A stretch of DNA of 64,000 bases from Chiloscyllium plagiosum (Eukaryota): NCBI RefSeq assembly GCF_004010195.1, contig NC_057719.1, positions 95,051,515 through 95,115,514 on the forward strand. The letters are read 5' to 3'. The notes beneath the pieces are model-generated. The model had not been told where the DNA came from. It worked only from the letters and a program-made list of their open reading frames with translations, and did no database searches. The translations under genes and the position numbers were made by a program. Below, piece after piece: positions 11,961-25,592 of the stretch; the stretch's first letter is position 1; each line of letters starts with the position of its first letter.

Positions 11961-13044
11961 TGCTCCCTGATGACGCGGGATGGATAGGATCTCCTGTTGG
12001 GAGCCCGTTTCTCTCTCTGTCTCAGCCTGAGCAGCTTATCCTCTGTGCTGTTTCTATTATGTCTGAGATGGATGGTTACTGCAGTACCCTATATCTGCAG
12101 CAAACAATGCAATCAGATCTGCTGAAGGGTGAGTTAAGACCTTCAAAAATAATCCGTACAGGCTTCACCATTGATGATCCCTTTAAATAGTATCATGGGG
12201 GGAATGGGCTCCTTATTTCTCATTACAGGTTCAGCTACATGAGGTTTAGAAAATGCCTTAAACTGAAAGGCTTAAATTGAAAATGGCACCTGAGCCACAT
12301 AACCTGTCTCCTTTATATACATTCAACACATGCTCTTAACACCCACAAGAGGACTCTCACCAAAACGGCATGTAGTACAGCATGTGCCGTAAATATTGGG
12401 TGTCCACAGACTACATTTTGCAAACAAAACAGTACTCATAACATCAATAAAACTGGTGTTACAGAGTTGATTTGTTATTGATATGTAAAGGAAGGACCCT
12501 GTTTTATTACCTAGCTTAACTTACTTTCTCTAATGTCTTTGTGATTTTAAAGATGATTAAACTGTGCACTATTCTGCTTGCTCTGTTTTTGTTAAAATGC
12601 AATGCTTTTATATAGCCATCTTTTAAATATGTTTCTATTCATATTTTGTTCTTAATTTGCTTTCTTTGGCAAGCTTTTAAAACTTAATGCAGTATTCCTG
12701 CATTAACAGCTGTGTGTGACGCTAGAAATCTGCACTGGCACCATCGCGACATTCCTGACTGGTACTGTTTGTGCTTGAACAGGAATACAAATACAAGAGA
12801 TAAGTGCTGACTTGCTACTAACAGCCTTTAATTAATTTGGCAGCCAGGGAAACCAACATTTTATGTGGGCTTGTGCTTTTGGTGTCTAAAACTCTGTTCC
12901 AGCCCTGAGGCCTGGTGTCGATTGTATTGTCAATGACTTATGGAGCAATACCGTCTTTTGTCTTTGCATTTTCAAGGAAAAGAAACATGAACCTAATTGA
13001 TGTACCATCTTTTCCATAGGAATTCACTTGCCACAGGATATATC

Positions 13045-14251
13045 CTCCCAAGCTACACTGGCACCACCCCCCACCTTTTCCTCTGCTACATAGATGACTG
13101 TATCGGTGCTGCCTCGTGCTCCCACGAGGAGGTTGAACAGTTCATCCACTTTACTAACACCTTCCAGCCCGACCTCAAATTCACCTGGACCGTCTCAGAC
13201 TCCTCCCTCCCCTTCCTAGACCTCTTCATTTCNNNNNNNNNNNNNNNNNNNNNNNNNNNNNNNNNNNNNNNNNNNNNNNNNNNNNNNNNNNNNNNNNNNN
13301 NNNNNNNNNNNNNNNNNNNNNNNNNNNNNNNNNNNNNNNNNNNNNNNNNNNNNNNNNNNNNNNNNNNNNNNNNNNNNNNNNNNNNNNNNNNNNNNNNNNN
13401 NNNNNNNNNNNNNNNNNNNNNNNNNNNNNNNNNNNNNNNNNNNNNNNNNNNNNNNNNNNNNNNNNNNNNNNNNNNNNNNNNNNNNNNNNNNNNNNNNNNN
13501 NNNNNNNNNNNNNNNNNNNNNNNNNNNNNNNNNNNNNNNNNNNNNNNNNNNNNNNNNNNNNNNNNNNNNNNNNNNNNNNNNNNNNNNNNNNNNNNNNNNN
13601 NNNNNNNNNNNNNNNNNNNNNNNNNNNNNNNNNNNNNNNNNNNNNNNNNNNNNNNNNNNNNNNNNNNNNNNNNNNNNNNNNNNNNNNNNNNNNNNNNNNN
13701 NNNNNNNNNNNNNNNNNNNNNNNNNNNNNNNNNNNNNNNNNNNNNNNNNNNNNNNNNNNNNNNNNNNNNNNNNNNNNNNNNNNNNNNNNNNNNNNNNNNN
13801 NNNNNNNNNNNNNNNNNNNNNNNNNNNNNNNNNNNNNNNNNNNNNNNNNNNNNNNNNNNNNNNNNNNNNNNNNNNNNNNNNNNNNNNNNNNNNNNNNNNN
13901 NNNNNNNNNNNNNNNNNNNNNNNNNNNNNNNNNNNNNNNNNNNNNNNNNNNNNNNNNNNNNNNNNNNNNNNNNNNNNNNNNNNNNNNNNNNNNNNNNNNN
14001 NNNNNNNNNNNNNNNNNNNNNNNNNNNNNNNNNNNCCCACCCCCTCTCCGGCCTATCAACTTCACCTTAACCTCCTTCCACCTATCGCATTTCCAACGCC
14101 CCTCCCCCAAGTCCTTCCTCCCTACCTTTTATCTTAGCCTGCTTGGCACACCCTCCTCATTCCTGAAGAAGGGCTCATGTCTGAAATGTCGATTCTCCTG
14201 TTCCTTGGATGCTGCCTGACCTGCTGCGCTTTTCCAGCAACACATTTTCAG
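13045..14251 (+). mobile_element. Penelope-like element (RT fragment, N-gap, pLTR with decayed hammerhead)
   Basis: LCYIDDCIGAASCSHEEVEQFIHFTNTFQPDLKFT...LPFLDL is the PLE RT YIDD region. The 13-bp TSD cacaggatatatc lies at 13032-13044 and 14252-14264. Confidence 0.9.
13233..14035. other. Assembly gap (N run)
   Basis: Run of N. Confidence 1.
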
Positions 14252-14639
14252 CACAGGATATATCATAACAGTTTCAGCAGTCAATTTTTAGATCTCTCCT
14301 CTGGCAGAGAAACATGGGAAAGTTATGGGGAAAAATGTTTGTATCAGTCAGTATTCAGGCAAGCATTTCCTGTTATACACTGACATTGTAGACAGTCTCA
14401 GTGAGACAAGCAGCACACAGACATTATACTGTCTCCTCAAATATAGGTTCTTAGTGTCAGTGGGCAGACTGGAGCAGATCAAACAGATGATGAGCTGCAC
14501 ACTAAAAAGGGAATCTTGTTGTTGTCTAGCAATATGTTTCAGTACTAAAAGCGGCCTATCTCTTTTGCATTTGTTGTACAGAGGTTGCTGTAAACTGTCT
14601 GTGGAAGGCTGACAAAACTGCAAAAGTGTATAAAATGGT

Positions 14640-15130
14640 GGAGCCGGCAACAGAAAGGATTCTCAGGTTTTCCAATGTGGTGCTGGAAGCATTGTGCAGA
14701 GGGTGAAATAGCTTATACTTGACTTCCACAGGAGTAATCCTGAGATAGGAAAAAAGGAGCATAGACATAAAAAGGCAAAGTCACAGAATCTGGGCGCTGA
14801 TAACAGTATCAGAAAATAAACCAATGGCCTTACATGATAGGTCATGGTTAGTGGTAGCATCTTCCTTGCATCAATAACCATTCTTGCTGTTCAATGTGCC
14901 ATATCCCCATCATTCAACACTGTTTCACCTTCACATACAATGCCAGCTTCCCACCCATCTTTTGCTGTTTTCACAAGCCTCCATCTATTTGGCTATGGCA
15001 GAGACATCACTCAAGGCAACATACTCATTGACATTCATCTTTCTTCCTTGCAGGAAAAGCTGGCCATACACAGAGCAGAGACAGAGCCAGAGAGACATAC
15101 ACAAGCATACGGATTACCCTTCTGAGGAGA
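14640..15130 (+). mobile_element. Possible Harbinger Myb/SANT-like accessory gene remnant
   Basis: ERILRFSNVVLEAL at ~14652, and an acceptor-like ttccttgcag followed by EKLAIHRAE at ~15055, resemble Harbinger Myb/SANT-like ORFs; highly decayed. Confidence 0.35.
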
Positions 15131-15454
15131 CAATGCCCCATGTCAAAGGGCTGATTGTACCCTAGGTGGTTGTATCTTATGTGCCAAGATCATTCAAAAT
15201 TACAGTATGATCCTGCTTCATATCCCTTCGTAACTCTTAATTTAGCCTCAATCTGTGGTTAGACATAGATAGTATATCATGGATATCTTACTTTCCTTCC
15301 CACCCCTCCCTACCCCATTCCCAGTCTCACCTTCTGCATTTCTGCTTTCACATAGCCAGGAATATCAGCTGACCAGGCACTGCTGATTCTTGGCGAAGGG
15401 CAACTGAACTCGATTTGACACTTGAAGACACCAATGCAGATATTGGCATGAAGT

Positions 15455-18332
15455 ATACTCATCGGTGTTCACTCAGGAAAAGGAGAATATTGTAGAGGAG
15501 AAGAATGAGGTACGAGATATTAGACTAGAAAGGATCGAGGTTAGTTATGAACAGGTGTTATCAACCCCAGAAGGAGTGAAAGTAGACAAGTCACCTGGGT
15601 CGGATGGGATTTATCTGAGGATTCTCTGGGAAGCTAGGGAGGAGATAGCAGAGCCTTTGGCTTTGATATTTGAATCATCATTGTCTACAGGTTTAGTACA
15701 GAGGATGATGGATTGCAAATGTTGTGCCCTTTTTCAAGAAGGGCAGTAGAGATGATCCAGATAATTATAGACCAGTGAGCCTTACTTCTGTTTTGGAAAG
15801 GATTATCAGAGATAAGATTTATAATCATCCAGCAAGCAACAATTTGATTTCAGATAGTCAACATGATTTTGTCAAGGGCAGGTCGTGTCTCAGAACATAG
15901 AACATAGAACATAGAACATAGAACATAGAACATAGAACATAGAACCTTCACCTTATATTTATGTCCCCTTGTAACACTCTGTTGTACCCGGGGAAAAAGT
16001 TTCTGACTGTCTACTCTATCTATTCCTCTGATCATCTTATAAACCTCTATCAAGTCACCCCTCATCCTTCGCCGTTCCAACGAGAAAAGGCTGAGAACTC
16101 TCAACCTATCCTCGTACGACTTATTCTCCATTCCAGGCAACATCCTGGTAAATCTTTTCTGCACCCTCTCGAAAGCTTCCACATCTTTCCTAAAGTGGGG
16201 CGACCAGAACTGCACACAGTACTCCAACTGTGGCCTAACCAAGGTCCTGTACAGCTGCAACATCACTTCACGACTCTTGAATTCAATCCCTCTGCTAATG
16301 AACGATAATACTCCATGGGCCTTCTTACAAACTCTATCCACCTGAGTGGCAACCTTCAAAGATCTATGTACATAGACCCCAAGATCCCTCTGTTCCTCCA
16401 CCTGACTAAGAACCCTACCATTAACCCTGTATTCCGCATTCTTATTTGTTCTTCCAAAATGGACAACCTCACACTTGGCAGGGTTGAACTCCATCTGCCA
16501 CTCCTCAGCCCAGCTCTGCATCATATCTAAGTCCCTCTGCAGCCGACAACAGCCCTCCTCACTGTCCACAACTCCACCTATCTTCGTATCATCTGCAAAT
16601 TTACTGACCCATCCTTCGACTCCCTCATCTAAGTCATTAATAAAAATTACAAACAGCAGAGGACCCAGAACTGATCCCTGCGGAATTCCACTTGTAACTG
16701 GGCTCCAGGCTGAATATTTACCATCTACCACCACTCTCTGCCTTCGACTGGTTAGCCAGTTTTCTATCCAATTGGCCAAATTTCCCTCTATTCCATGCCT
16801 CCTGACTTTCCGCATAAGCCTACCATGGGGAACCTTATCAAATGCCTTACTAAAATCCATGTATACTACATCCACTGCTCTTCCCTCATCCACATGCTTG
16901 GTCACCTCCTCGAAGAATTCAATAAGACTTGTAAGGCAAGACCTACCCTTCACAAATCCGTGCTGGCTGTCCCTAATCAAGCAGTGTCTTTCCAGATACT
17001 CATAAATCCTATCCCTCAGTACCCTTTCCATTACTTTGCCTACCACAGAAGTAAGACTAACAGGTCTGTAATTCCCGGGGTTATCCCTATTCCCTATTCC
17101 CAGAAACCTCACTGAGCTTTTTGAGAAGGTGACCCAAGCATGTAGATGAGGGTAGGGCAGTTGACGTGGTATACATGGACTTCAGTAAAGCCTTTGATAA
17201 GGCTCCACGTGGTAGGCTATAGGAGAAAATGCAGAGGCATGGGATCGAGGATGATTTAGCAGTGTGGATTAGAAACTGGCTTTCTGAAAGAAGGCAGCGA
17301 GTGGTGGTTGATAGAACATATTGAGCCTGGAGTTTGGTTACTAGTGGTGTGCCACAAGGATATGTTTTGGGACCACTGCTGTTTGTCATTTTTACAAATG
17401 ACTTAGACACAGGCATAGGTGGATGGGTTAGTAAATTTGCAGATGACACTAAAGTCGATGGAGTAGTGGACAGTTTGGAAGAAGGTTGCGGGGGGACTTG
17501 GATAAACTGCAGAATTGGGCTGAGAGATGGCAAATGGAGTTCACTGCAGCTAAATGTGAGGTGATGCACTTTGGGAAGAATAACAGGAAGGCAGAGTACT
17601 GGGTCAGTGGAAAGATTCTTGCTAGTGTGGATGTGCAGAGGGATCTTGGAGTCCATGTACATAGATCCCTGAAAGTTGCCACCCAGGTGGATAGTGCTGT
17701 TGAAAAGGCATATGGTGTGTTAGGTTTCATTGATAGAGGGATTGAGTTCCAGAACTGCAATATCATGCTGCAACTATACAAAATGCTAGTGCGATCACAC
17801 TTGGAATATGGTGTACAGTTCTGGTTGCCATATTTCGGGAAGGATGTGGAAGCATTGGAAAAGGTGCAGAGGTGATTTACCAAGATGTTGCCTGGTCTGG
17901 AGGGAAGCTCTTATGACAAAAGGCTGAGAGACTTGAACCTGTTCTCATTGGAAAGAAGAAGGCCAAGAGGGGATTTGATAGAGACATACAAGATGATCAG
18001 AGGATTAGATAGGATAGACAGTGAAAGTCTTTTCCTAGGATGATGACGTCAGTGTGTATGAGGGGGCATAACTACAAATTGAGGGGTGATAGATTTGAGA
18101 CAGATATCAGAGGCAGGTTCTTTACTCAGAGAGTGGTAAGGGTGTGGAATGCCCTATCTGCCAATGTAGTTAAGACAGCCAGATTAAGGAGATTTAAACA
18201 AACCTTGGATAAGAATATAGATAATGGTGGGATAGTGTAGGGGGATAAGCTCAGAATATTTCACAGGTTGGCACAACATCGAGGGTGGAAGGGCCTGTTC
18301 TGCGCTGTATCGTTCTATGTTCTATGTTCTAT
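15455..18332 (+). mobile_element. CR1 LINE ORF2 (RT) and 3' end, 5'-truncated and frameshifted, interrupted by an inverted CR1
   Basis: [47 protein letters not shown] and FFTQRVVRVWNAL motifs, with a (ttctatg)n tail ending at 18332. Confidence 0.93.
15892..17100 (-). mobile_element. Young 5'-truncated CR1 LINE with an uninterrupted RT reading frame, inserted into another CR1
   Basis: ORF 15850-17112 has no stops through [30 protein letters not shown] and FADD; (ATGTTCT)n tail at 15892-15945. Confidence 0.95.
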
Positions 18333-18774
18333 ACAATAGAAAGTCATATTGGGTTGGGATCAGCATGTTGCATGTCATGGGGCTGCAGTCATGCTGAATA
18401 AAATTATAGCACCAGGTCTCCTGAGAAGTAGGTTTTACCAGAGGGGACGCACTACAACATTGACGAAGAAGCCTACAGGAGACTGCTGACTAAGATGTGT
18501 GATGCATTCGCAGCCTGCCAAAGGATCTTCAGCCATTGTTAAGAAGTATGTAGGATCCTAGCTCCAAGCTGACAAGGTCTTCCTTACAGCTTGGAACCTA
18601 TGCTCAGTGTGGCAGTTGGTGGCCAATTCCATGACATCATTTTGTGGATCCAGAATATTCCGTGACCAATGTTTCAGCTTCCATTGCCCCACATGCAGAA
18701 ACCAACCAAAGTCACGATGCTTCAGTGGGTGAGTAGACTGATGTCAGAAGTCATGAATGCTCAGTTTTGTGAGG

Positions 18775-20625
18775 AGCAGTATGCCATTCTGCCCATCAAG
18801 TTGCTCCACCATTCAATGAGATCATGGCTGAACTAATAATCCTCAACTCCACTTTTCTGCCTTTTTCCCATCATCCTTGATTACCTTCCTGATCAAACAC
18901 ATGTAGTAGACAGACAGTTGCATCAATTAATTAGGAAAGCAAATGGTATACTGGTCTTCACTAGAAGAGGATTTGTGTTCAGAATTAGGGATATCCTACT
19001 GCATTAATGCAGACTTTGTTGAGACCACATCTGCAGTATTTCTTGCAGTTTTGGTCTCCCTTCCTAAGAAAGGATATTCTTGCCATTGGGAAAGTACAGT
19101 GGAGGTTCATTCGGTTGACACCAGGCATAGTGGGACTGTCCTTTGAGGAGGGATTGGTTTGACAGGGCCTGTATTCACTAGAGTTTAGAAGGATAAAAGG
19201 GGATCTGATTACAATGTGTAAAATGATGTTTTCCTGGTATGTGGAGTCTGGAACCAAGAGACAGTCTCAGGCTGTACGGTCTCTTCACTCAAATGGTAAT
19301 ACCCTGTGGAATTCTCCATTACAGAAGCCTGTAGAGGTTAAGTCACTGAATATATTCAAGCAAGAGACAAATTAATTTTTAGATTTTAAAGGCATCATGT
19401 GGTCTGGGGAGAAAGTGGGAATATGGTTTTGAAATAGTGGATCAGCCATGATCAAACTGAAAGATAGAACAGGCTGGAAAAGCTGAATGGCCTTTTCCTT
19501 CTCCTAGTTTCAGTGTTTCCATCTCAGCCTTGCATATTCTCAATAAACTGGACTTGAAAGTTCTCTACAGTGAAGTATTCAAGAGAGTCACCACCCTCTG
19601 AGGGAAGCATTCTCTCCTAATTACTTTCTTAAATCTTTATTCTAACAATACACCTTCTGGTCATACACCCTCCTACAATCCCTCTTCACTTCATTAAGAA
19701 TCTTAAAAATTTAACAAAAGCAGCTCTGAACAAGTATTGGCCCAAATTACTCAACCTCCCTTCGTAAGCAGATCCCTCCACAACTAGAATCAACTAGTGA
19801 ACCTGTTCTGGGCAGCCCTGAATGCCAGGATACCTTTCCTTTGCCAGGATACCTTTCCTTTGCCAGGATACCTTTCCTTTGCCAGGATACCAGGATACCT
19901 TTCCAGGATACCTTTCCTTAAATAAACAGATCAAAGCTGTTCAAAACTAGGTGTGGCCTAACTGATGCTCAATATAGTTTTAGCAAGACTTCCTTATTTT
20001 TGCATTTCATTTCCTTCGAAGTAAAACCAACAGTTTAATTGCATTCTCTATTATCTGCCAATCTTAAATGCTTGCACTAGAATCCCAAATCCCTCTATGA
20101 TGAAACTTCTCTATTTAAATTGTATTTAGCTCCCTATTCTTCCTGCCAAAATGCATAACTTTATATTTTCCCACATTATATTCCAATGTCAAGTTTTTGT
20201 CCACTTTCTTAACCTGTGTGTACCCATCCATAGACTCGTGTGTCCCTGCTAATTGCTTTCTTGCCAAGTTCTGTGTCATCTGCATTCTTCAATCCCCTAA
20301 ATCATGAATATATTTTGTAAATAATTGTGGCCCCAGCACTAATCCCTGTAGCACTCTGCAAGTTACTGCTTACCCTCTTTACCCCAATTCTGTCTTCCCT
20401 TAGTTAGCTAAACATCTATCCATACTAATATCCTGCCCCTAACACCATGCTGTACCTTATTAAGCATACTTTGAAAATCAAAATGTATTACATCTCCTAT
20501 TTCTCCTTTATCTATCTTGATTGTTACCTCCTCAACAAATTCCAATAAATTTGTCAGACATGATTTCCCTTGATGATGCCATTCTGACTATTACGTTTAT
20601 CTAAATGTTGTGCTATCACATCCTT
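18775..20625. mobile_element. Nested degenerate CR1 fragments (plus-strand 3' end ~18905-19520 inside a minus-strand copy)
   Basis: Recognisable CR1 RT C-terminal and 3' UTR segments in both orientations. Confidence 0.65.
19823..19919. repeat. Short tandem duplication of the 19-bp unit tgccaggatacctttcctt (3 full plus partial copies)
   Basis: Directly visible. Confidence 0.92.
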
Positions 20626-20629
20626 TAGA

Positions 20630-22560
20630 GAATCATAGGAACAGGAATAGGCCATTCTTCCCCTCTAGTCTATTCTGCCATTCAATAATGTGGAGGCCCT
20701 GGTGTTGGACTTGAGTGGACAAAGTCAGAAGTCACATGACACCAAGTTATAGTCAAATGGGTTTATTTGAAATCACAAGGTATCAGAGCGCTGCCTCTTT
20801 ATCAGGTGAAGTCACTTGGGCCCATACCTCTCAACACCTTTGCTTAGTAAAAATGTCTATCTCAGATTTAAATGTAATAATTAAACTAGCATTGGCTGCC
20901 ATTTGAGGAAGAGAATTCTGAAATCTCCACTATTCTTTCTATCATCTCTCCTGAATGGCCTGGCCCTAATTCATAGATTATACTCCTGGTTCTAGAATGT
21001 TCAACCAGTGGAAATAATTTATCTTTATCATTATCTACCTTGTCTTTCCCTGTAAATATTCTGAAGACCTAGATAAGAGCACACTTAACCTTCTAAATTC
21101 TAGAGAATAAAGGACTAAATTGTCTAATCTCTCCTCATAACATACCCCCTGAAGTCCAGAGATCATCCTTGTAATCCTGCATTGAACTCTCTCCAGCGCC
21201 GAAACCTCCTTCCTAGGTGTTGGGCCCAGACCTGCTCACAGTACTCAAAGTGGAGTCTAACTCGAGTTCTGTATAGTACCTGCATCCCTATACTACAGCC
21301 CTTTCGATCTGAAGGCCAGCATTCCATTAACCTTCCTGGCTACTTTCTGCACTTGACTGTGGCATTTTATAAGCTGTGCATTTGAACTCCCAAATCTCAT
21401 TCAACATCCTTTGTGCCCTCTAAAAAATACCCTGATTTATCCTTTCTCGGTCTGAGATGAATAACTTCACATTTGTTTATATTGAAATCTGCCTACCACA
21501 GCTTTGCCCATTCACATAAACTATCAGTATTCTGTTGTAATTTTATGCTGTCATCAACCTTATCTACAATGCTGCCCAATTTCGTGTCATCATCAAATCT
21601 GGATACTTGACTTTCTTTGCCATTATCCAAGTCATTGTTGAATATTGTGAAGAATTGAGGCTCCAAACACAGATCCCTGCAGGACAGCAGTCACATCCTG
21701 CCAATTTGAGTACTTACCCATTATTAAAACTCTCAGCTTCCTGCCACTCAACTAATTTCCTATCCATGTCAATAACATGCCCTCTATTCCATGGATTTCT
21801 ATTCTGGCTAAACGTCTGTTGTGTGGGATTTTATCAAAAATCCTCAGACATCTGTATAAACAACATCATCAGCTTCCCTCTGTCCACCACCTTTACCACC
21901 TTTTCAAAAAAATTCCATGAAGGTTCTCAGGCATGACCTACCAGTCACGAATCCATGCCACCTCTTGGTGATTAACTGAAATGTTTGAGCATTAGGGCAT
22001 TGGAAATGTTCCTTCTTACCCCATTTAACACCCGTGAATGGAAACCATCAGGTCCTAGGGTTTTGTCACTCTTCAGTTCTTTAATGTCTCCATTATTGGT
22101 GATTTACTTAAAGTAATTTTGTTTCAACCCTGTCCCTGATCATCTGTATAATTTATTTGAGACTTTGGCAAGCTCTCCACCTTCTCTGTTGTAAATACTG
22201 AAGCAAAGTAATGATTCAGCATGTCAGCCATTTCCCATTTCCCCACGGTTATTGACAATATCCCGACTCTCAGTTTTCAGTGACTACACTTAACCAACTG
22301 CTTCCCTTTATGTAACTATAAAACTTCTACTTATAGTCTTTTATGTTATAAAAGACTATAACATTTCCCCAATAATAGATGTCATCCAACTGTCCTTTAG
22401 TCACCTTTTTTTTGTTTCCTTTTCTTTTTGAATGAGGATGTTACATTGGCAGGTCTCCATTCCTCTGCTACTTTTCCAGAATGTAAGAGTTCTTGGAAGA
22501 TTACTCATAGTTTGTCCACAATCTCTGTAGTTACTTCCTTTAATAGCTTAGGGTGTGACT
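20630..22560 (-). mobile_element. Old CR1 LINE (3' UTR through RT), degenerate
   Basis: Collinear with 4290-5480 and other minus-strand CR1 copies; interrupted by a PLE tail at ~20688-20812. Confidence 0.7.
20688..20812 (-). mobile_element. Decayed PLE family-B terminal fragment
   Basis: Reverse complement resembles 45026-45146 (ctataacctggtgt...gtccacccagtccaacacc). Confidence 0.65.
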
Positions 22561-22591
22561 GACAGATACAGGAGTTATATCAGGGGTTTGT

Positions 22592-22887
22592 GGGTGGCAC
22601 AGCGGCACAGTGGTTAGCACTGCTGCCTCACAGCGCCAGAGGCCCGGTTCGATTCCCGCCTCAGGCGACTGTCTGTGTGGAGTTTGCACGTTCTCCCTGT
22701 GTCTGCATGGGTTTCCTCCGGGTGCTCCGGTTTCCTCCTACAGTCCAAAGATGTGCTGGTCAGGTGAATTGGCCAGGCTAAATTGCCCAGGGGTAAAATG
22801 TAGGGGTATGGGTGAGTTGCGCTTCGGCGGGTCGGTGTAGACTTGTTGGGCCGAAGGGCCTGTTTCCATACTGTAATGTAATCTAAT
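22592..22887 (+). mobile_element. HE1-type V-SINE, full length
   Basis: A box (ggcacagtggtta), B box (ggttcgattccc), V-domain and a gtaat/ctaat tail. Confidence 0.93.
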
Positions 22888-24952
22888 ATCAGCCTTTTGC
22901 CCCATTCATTCCAGAGTGCTGTTTTTCTCAGAATAGGTATTTTGTTTGTTCCCTTTGCCCCCATTTATCCCTTAAATGTTTAGTATTCATAGAATATTAT
23001 TCATATTCTCATTCCATGAAGACTGATGCAAATTATTTATTCAACCCCTCTGCCATTTCTTGTTTCCTATAAGCAATTCTGCAGTCTCATACTCGAAGGG
23101 CTTAGGTTCATTTTGGTCTCTCTATTCCTTTGCATATATTTAAGTATGTTATTGCAGCTTTTTTTTAATTTGACTTGCTATTTTGGCCTCATCATTTATA
23201 TCTATTTTTGTTTTGATCATCTTTTCTTGGTGTTTAATATTTTAACAATTCTCTGCTTTCTCACTAATCTGGCCACATTGTACAGTTTTCCTTTCAATTT
23301 CAGATGCACCTTAACTGTCTCGAATTTCTGCACAAACGCATTTGCATGTCATCAAATTCCAAATTTGCCATGAATCAATGAAATCTTGGGGCATTTTAAA
23401 ATGTGATTTTTTTTAAGGTATCTACCTTAAAGAAGAAGATTTTTTTGATAAGTTTAAAGTGTAACTGGTATTTCATGATTACGATTGGAGTTGTGGTTAT
23501 ATTATAACTAGTAGCATCTTTTATCAAAATGTCAAACCTCGTCCTCTAAGTAACCCGGCTTTAAATTATTCAGAGTAGTTTATTTTAGAAAACTGCTAAA
23601 AAAAATCATTTGCTAACTGTGTTACACTTGTCACATTATAGAAAATTATTTTTAAAAATACATTTAAATATGAAGAATTGATGGCTTTGTGGTATCCAGA
23701 GACCTGGGTAATGTACTGGGGATGAAAGTTCAAATCAAATGAATGAACCCGGACAGATCACCTGATTTTAGTCAAAATACTGGAAACAATAACAGCAAAC
23801 ACAGTCGCGTTGACCCTGTAAAGCCCCTCCTTACAACCATCTGGGGTTAGTGCCGAAACTGGGAGAGCTGTCCCACAAACTAGACAACCAATGGCCTGAT
23901 ATAGTCATCTGCATGAAACCATACCTTACAGACAATGTCCCAGACAGAATCATGTTGGGTATGTTACAGAGCATGGTATTTCAGTACATGTGTACATGTC
24001 AGGAGATTACTCAAATTTTGCGGCATGTAACACAGACTTAAGTCCAGAGTTTGCCAGTCTGGGTCTCTTAAGAAACACGCCATTGATTTGTTAAACAAAG
24101 TGACAATGTGAATCTAGGAAAATGGGAAAGAAGAGTTAAGTACTTTCAATCAAGAAGCAATTGTAAATAAGTAATCAGAGCAATTACTAACATGAAATTT
24201 TAATTAAATGGAGGATATCAATCTTAAAGGGATTTGAACTGCATTACATAAACATACAAAATCGTTAACTCGTAAACTCATACACATAAGCATATTTTTT
24301 GTACACAAAAAACAAATGAAACTGATAGGACAGCTAAGACGTTTTATCTGCAATTCCTGTGCAGTGTGCAAAGTCAAAAGTGTGTGGGTCCTGGAGAATA
24401 ATGTGTGAAGGAAGTGCCTCTGCTTTCTGGAGTTCAAGATTTTCTGAGATTGAATAATGGCTGAAGTCACTGTGGGGTTTAATGGAGTCTAAGAAATTCT
24501 TGAAGTCCACGTTCCATAAGATTTTCACTCTGCAGCTGCAGACAATTCAGACAAATAAGTGGGTGGTTCTGTGAACCATCTACAAATATTGGTACACCAC
24601 AGCAATCCTCCGAGAATGTGGGGACGTCCAACTGGTATTTAGGTGCAGTAGCAAGTGCAGTCTAGGAAACAATCTATGGGATTCTGGGGTAAATGATGGC
24701 ACAGGGGCCATATTACAACTCAAAAGCATTGCAAATCTCTTCTGTTAATCACAGGCTCACAGAATCAATGGATAGTGAATATTGTACAGGAATGTTGTAA
24801 CTGTCAAGGTATATTTCAAGTCCTGTGTATTTTAAAGAAAGCAAATGCTTTGCATTCAATTGGTTAAAATTTAAAGGGCATCTATTTCTCATATCCCACC
24901 ATTATAATTAATGACATTTTGAACTCTATTAACTGTCATAGAAAAATTATAG

Positions 24953-25106
24953 CTGGAAATGTGTTGCTGGAAAAGCGCAGCAGGTCAGGCAGCATCCAGG
25001 GAACAGGAGAATCGACGTTTCGGGCATAAGCCCTTCTTCCTGAATGCTTTTCCAGCAACACATTTCCAGCTCTGATCTCCAGCATCTGCAGACCTCACTT
25101 TCTCCC
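24953..25106. mobile_element. Mini Penelope-derived fold-back element (family A)
   Basis: Inverted pLTR arms flanked by the 16-bp TSD catagaaaaattatag at 24937-24952 and 25107-25122. Confidence 0.9.
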
Positions 25107-25592
25107 CATAGAAAAATTATAGGTTGGTTTAATGATTCAATTCAGAAAACTGTGATGCTGGAACAGTAATATTATTTTATTTTTACATTTTGTTATGGTA
25201 ATATTTTATCTTTCCAGACTCTGTACATTGGTGAAATACAAGTTATGATCTGATTTCTTGTGCCTGATTTTGTACGAACATTCAAATTCAGCCTAGCGTT
25301 TAAAAACTTCAAAGAGGCAAATACAATCACAGACACAAATAAATTAAACATTTGATTTTTAATGAAAACATATTGAAAGAAAATTTTAAATTAGACCCCT
25401 ATAATAATTTGAAACGACTAAATTCCAAAAAAGCACTGAATTGTATCAATGAGCTGCAAGTCATTTCATATTCTGTTGCTTACATTAATCTATAGTTCTC
25501 ATATGTTGAGAAATGCAAATAAAATTCAAAGATGAGCAAAATGTCCATATGTCTGGACAGCGAAGTTATGTTCGCACTTATTCTATTACCTC

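Noticed and set aside
12997..14110. Long ORFs spanning N runs (also 30526-31971 and 43797-44893)
   Set aside because: Lengths are artefacts of X-translated gaps; the real parts are PLE or CR1 sequence.
15892..15945. Array of AGAACA hormone-response half-sites
   Set aside because: This is the standard CR1 (ATGTTCT)n tail and is not a palindromic IR3 element.
15850..17112. 420-aa reverse transcriptase as a host or domesticated gene
   Set aside because: It is a 5'-truncated CR1 insertion; its start and C-terminus come from flanking sequence and the microsatellite tail.
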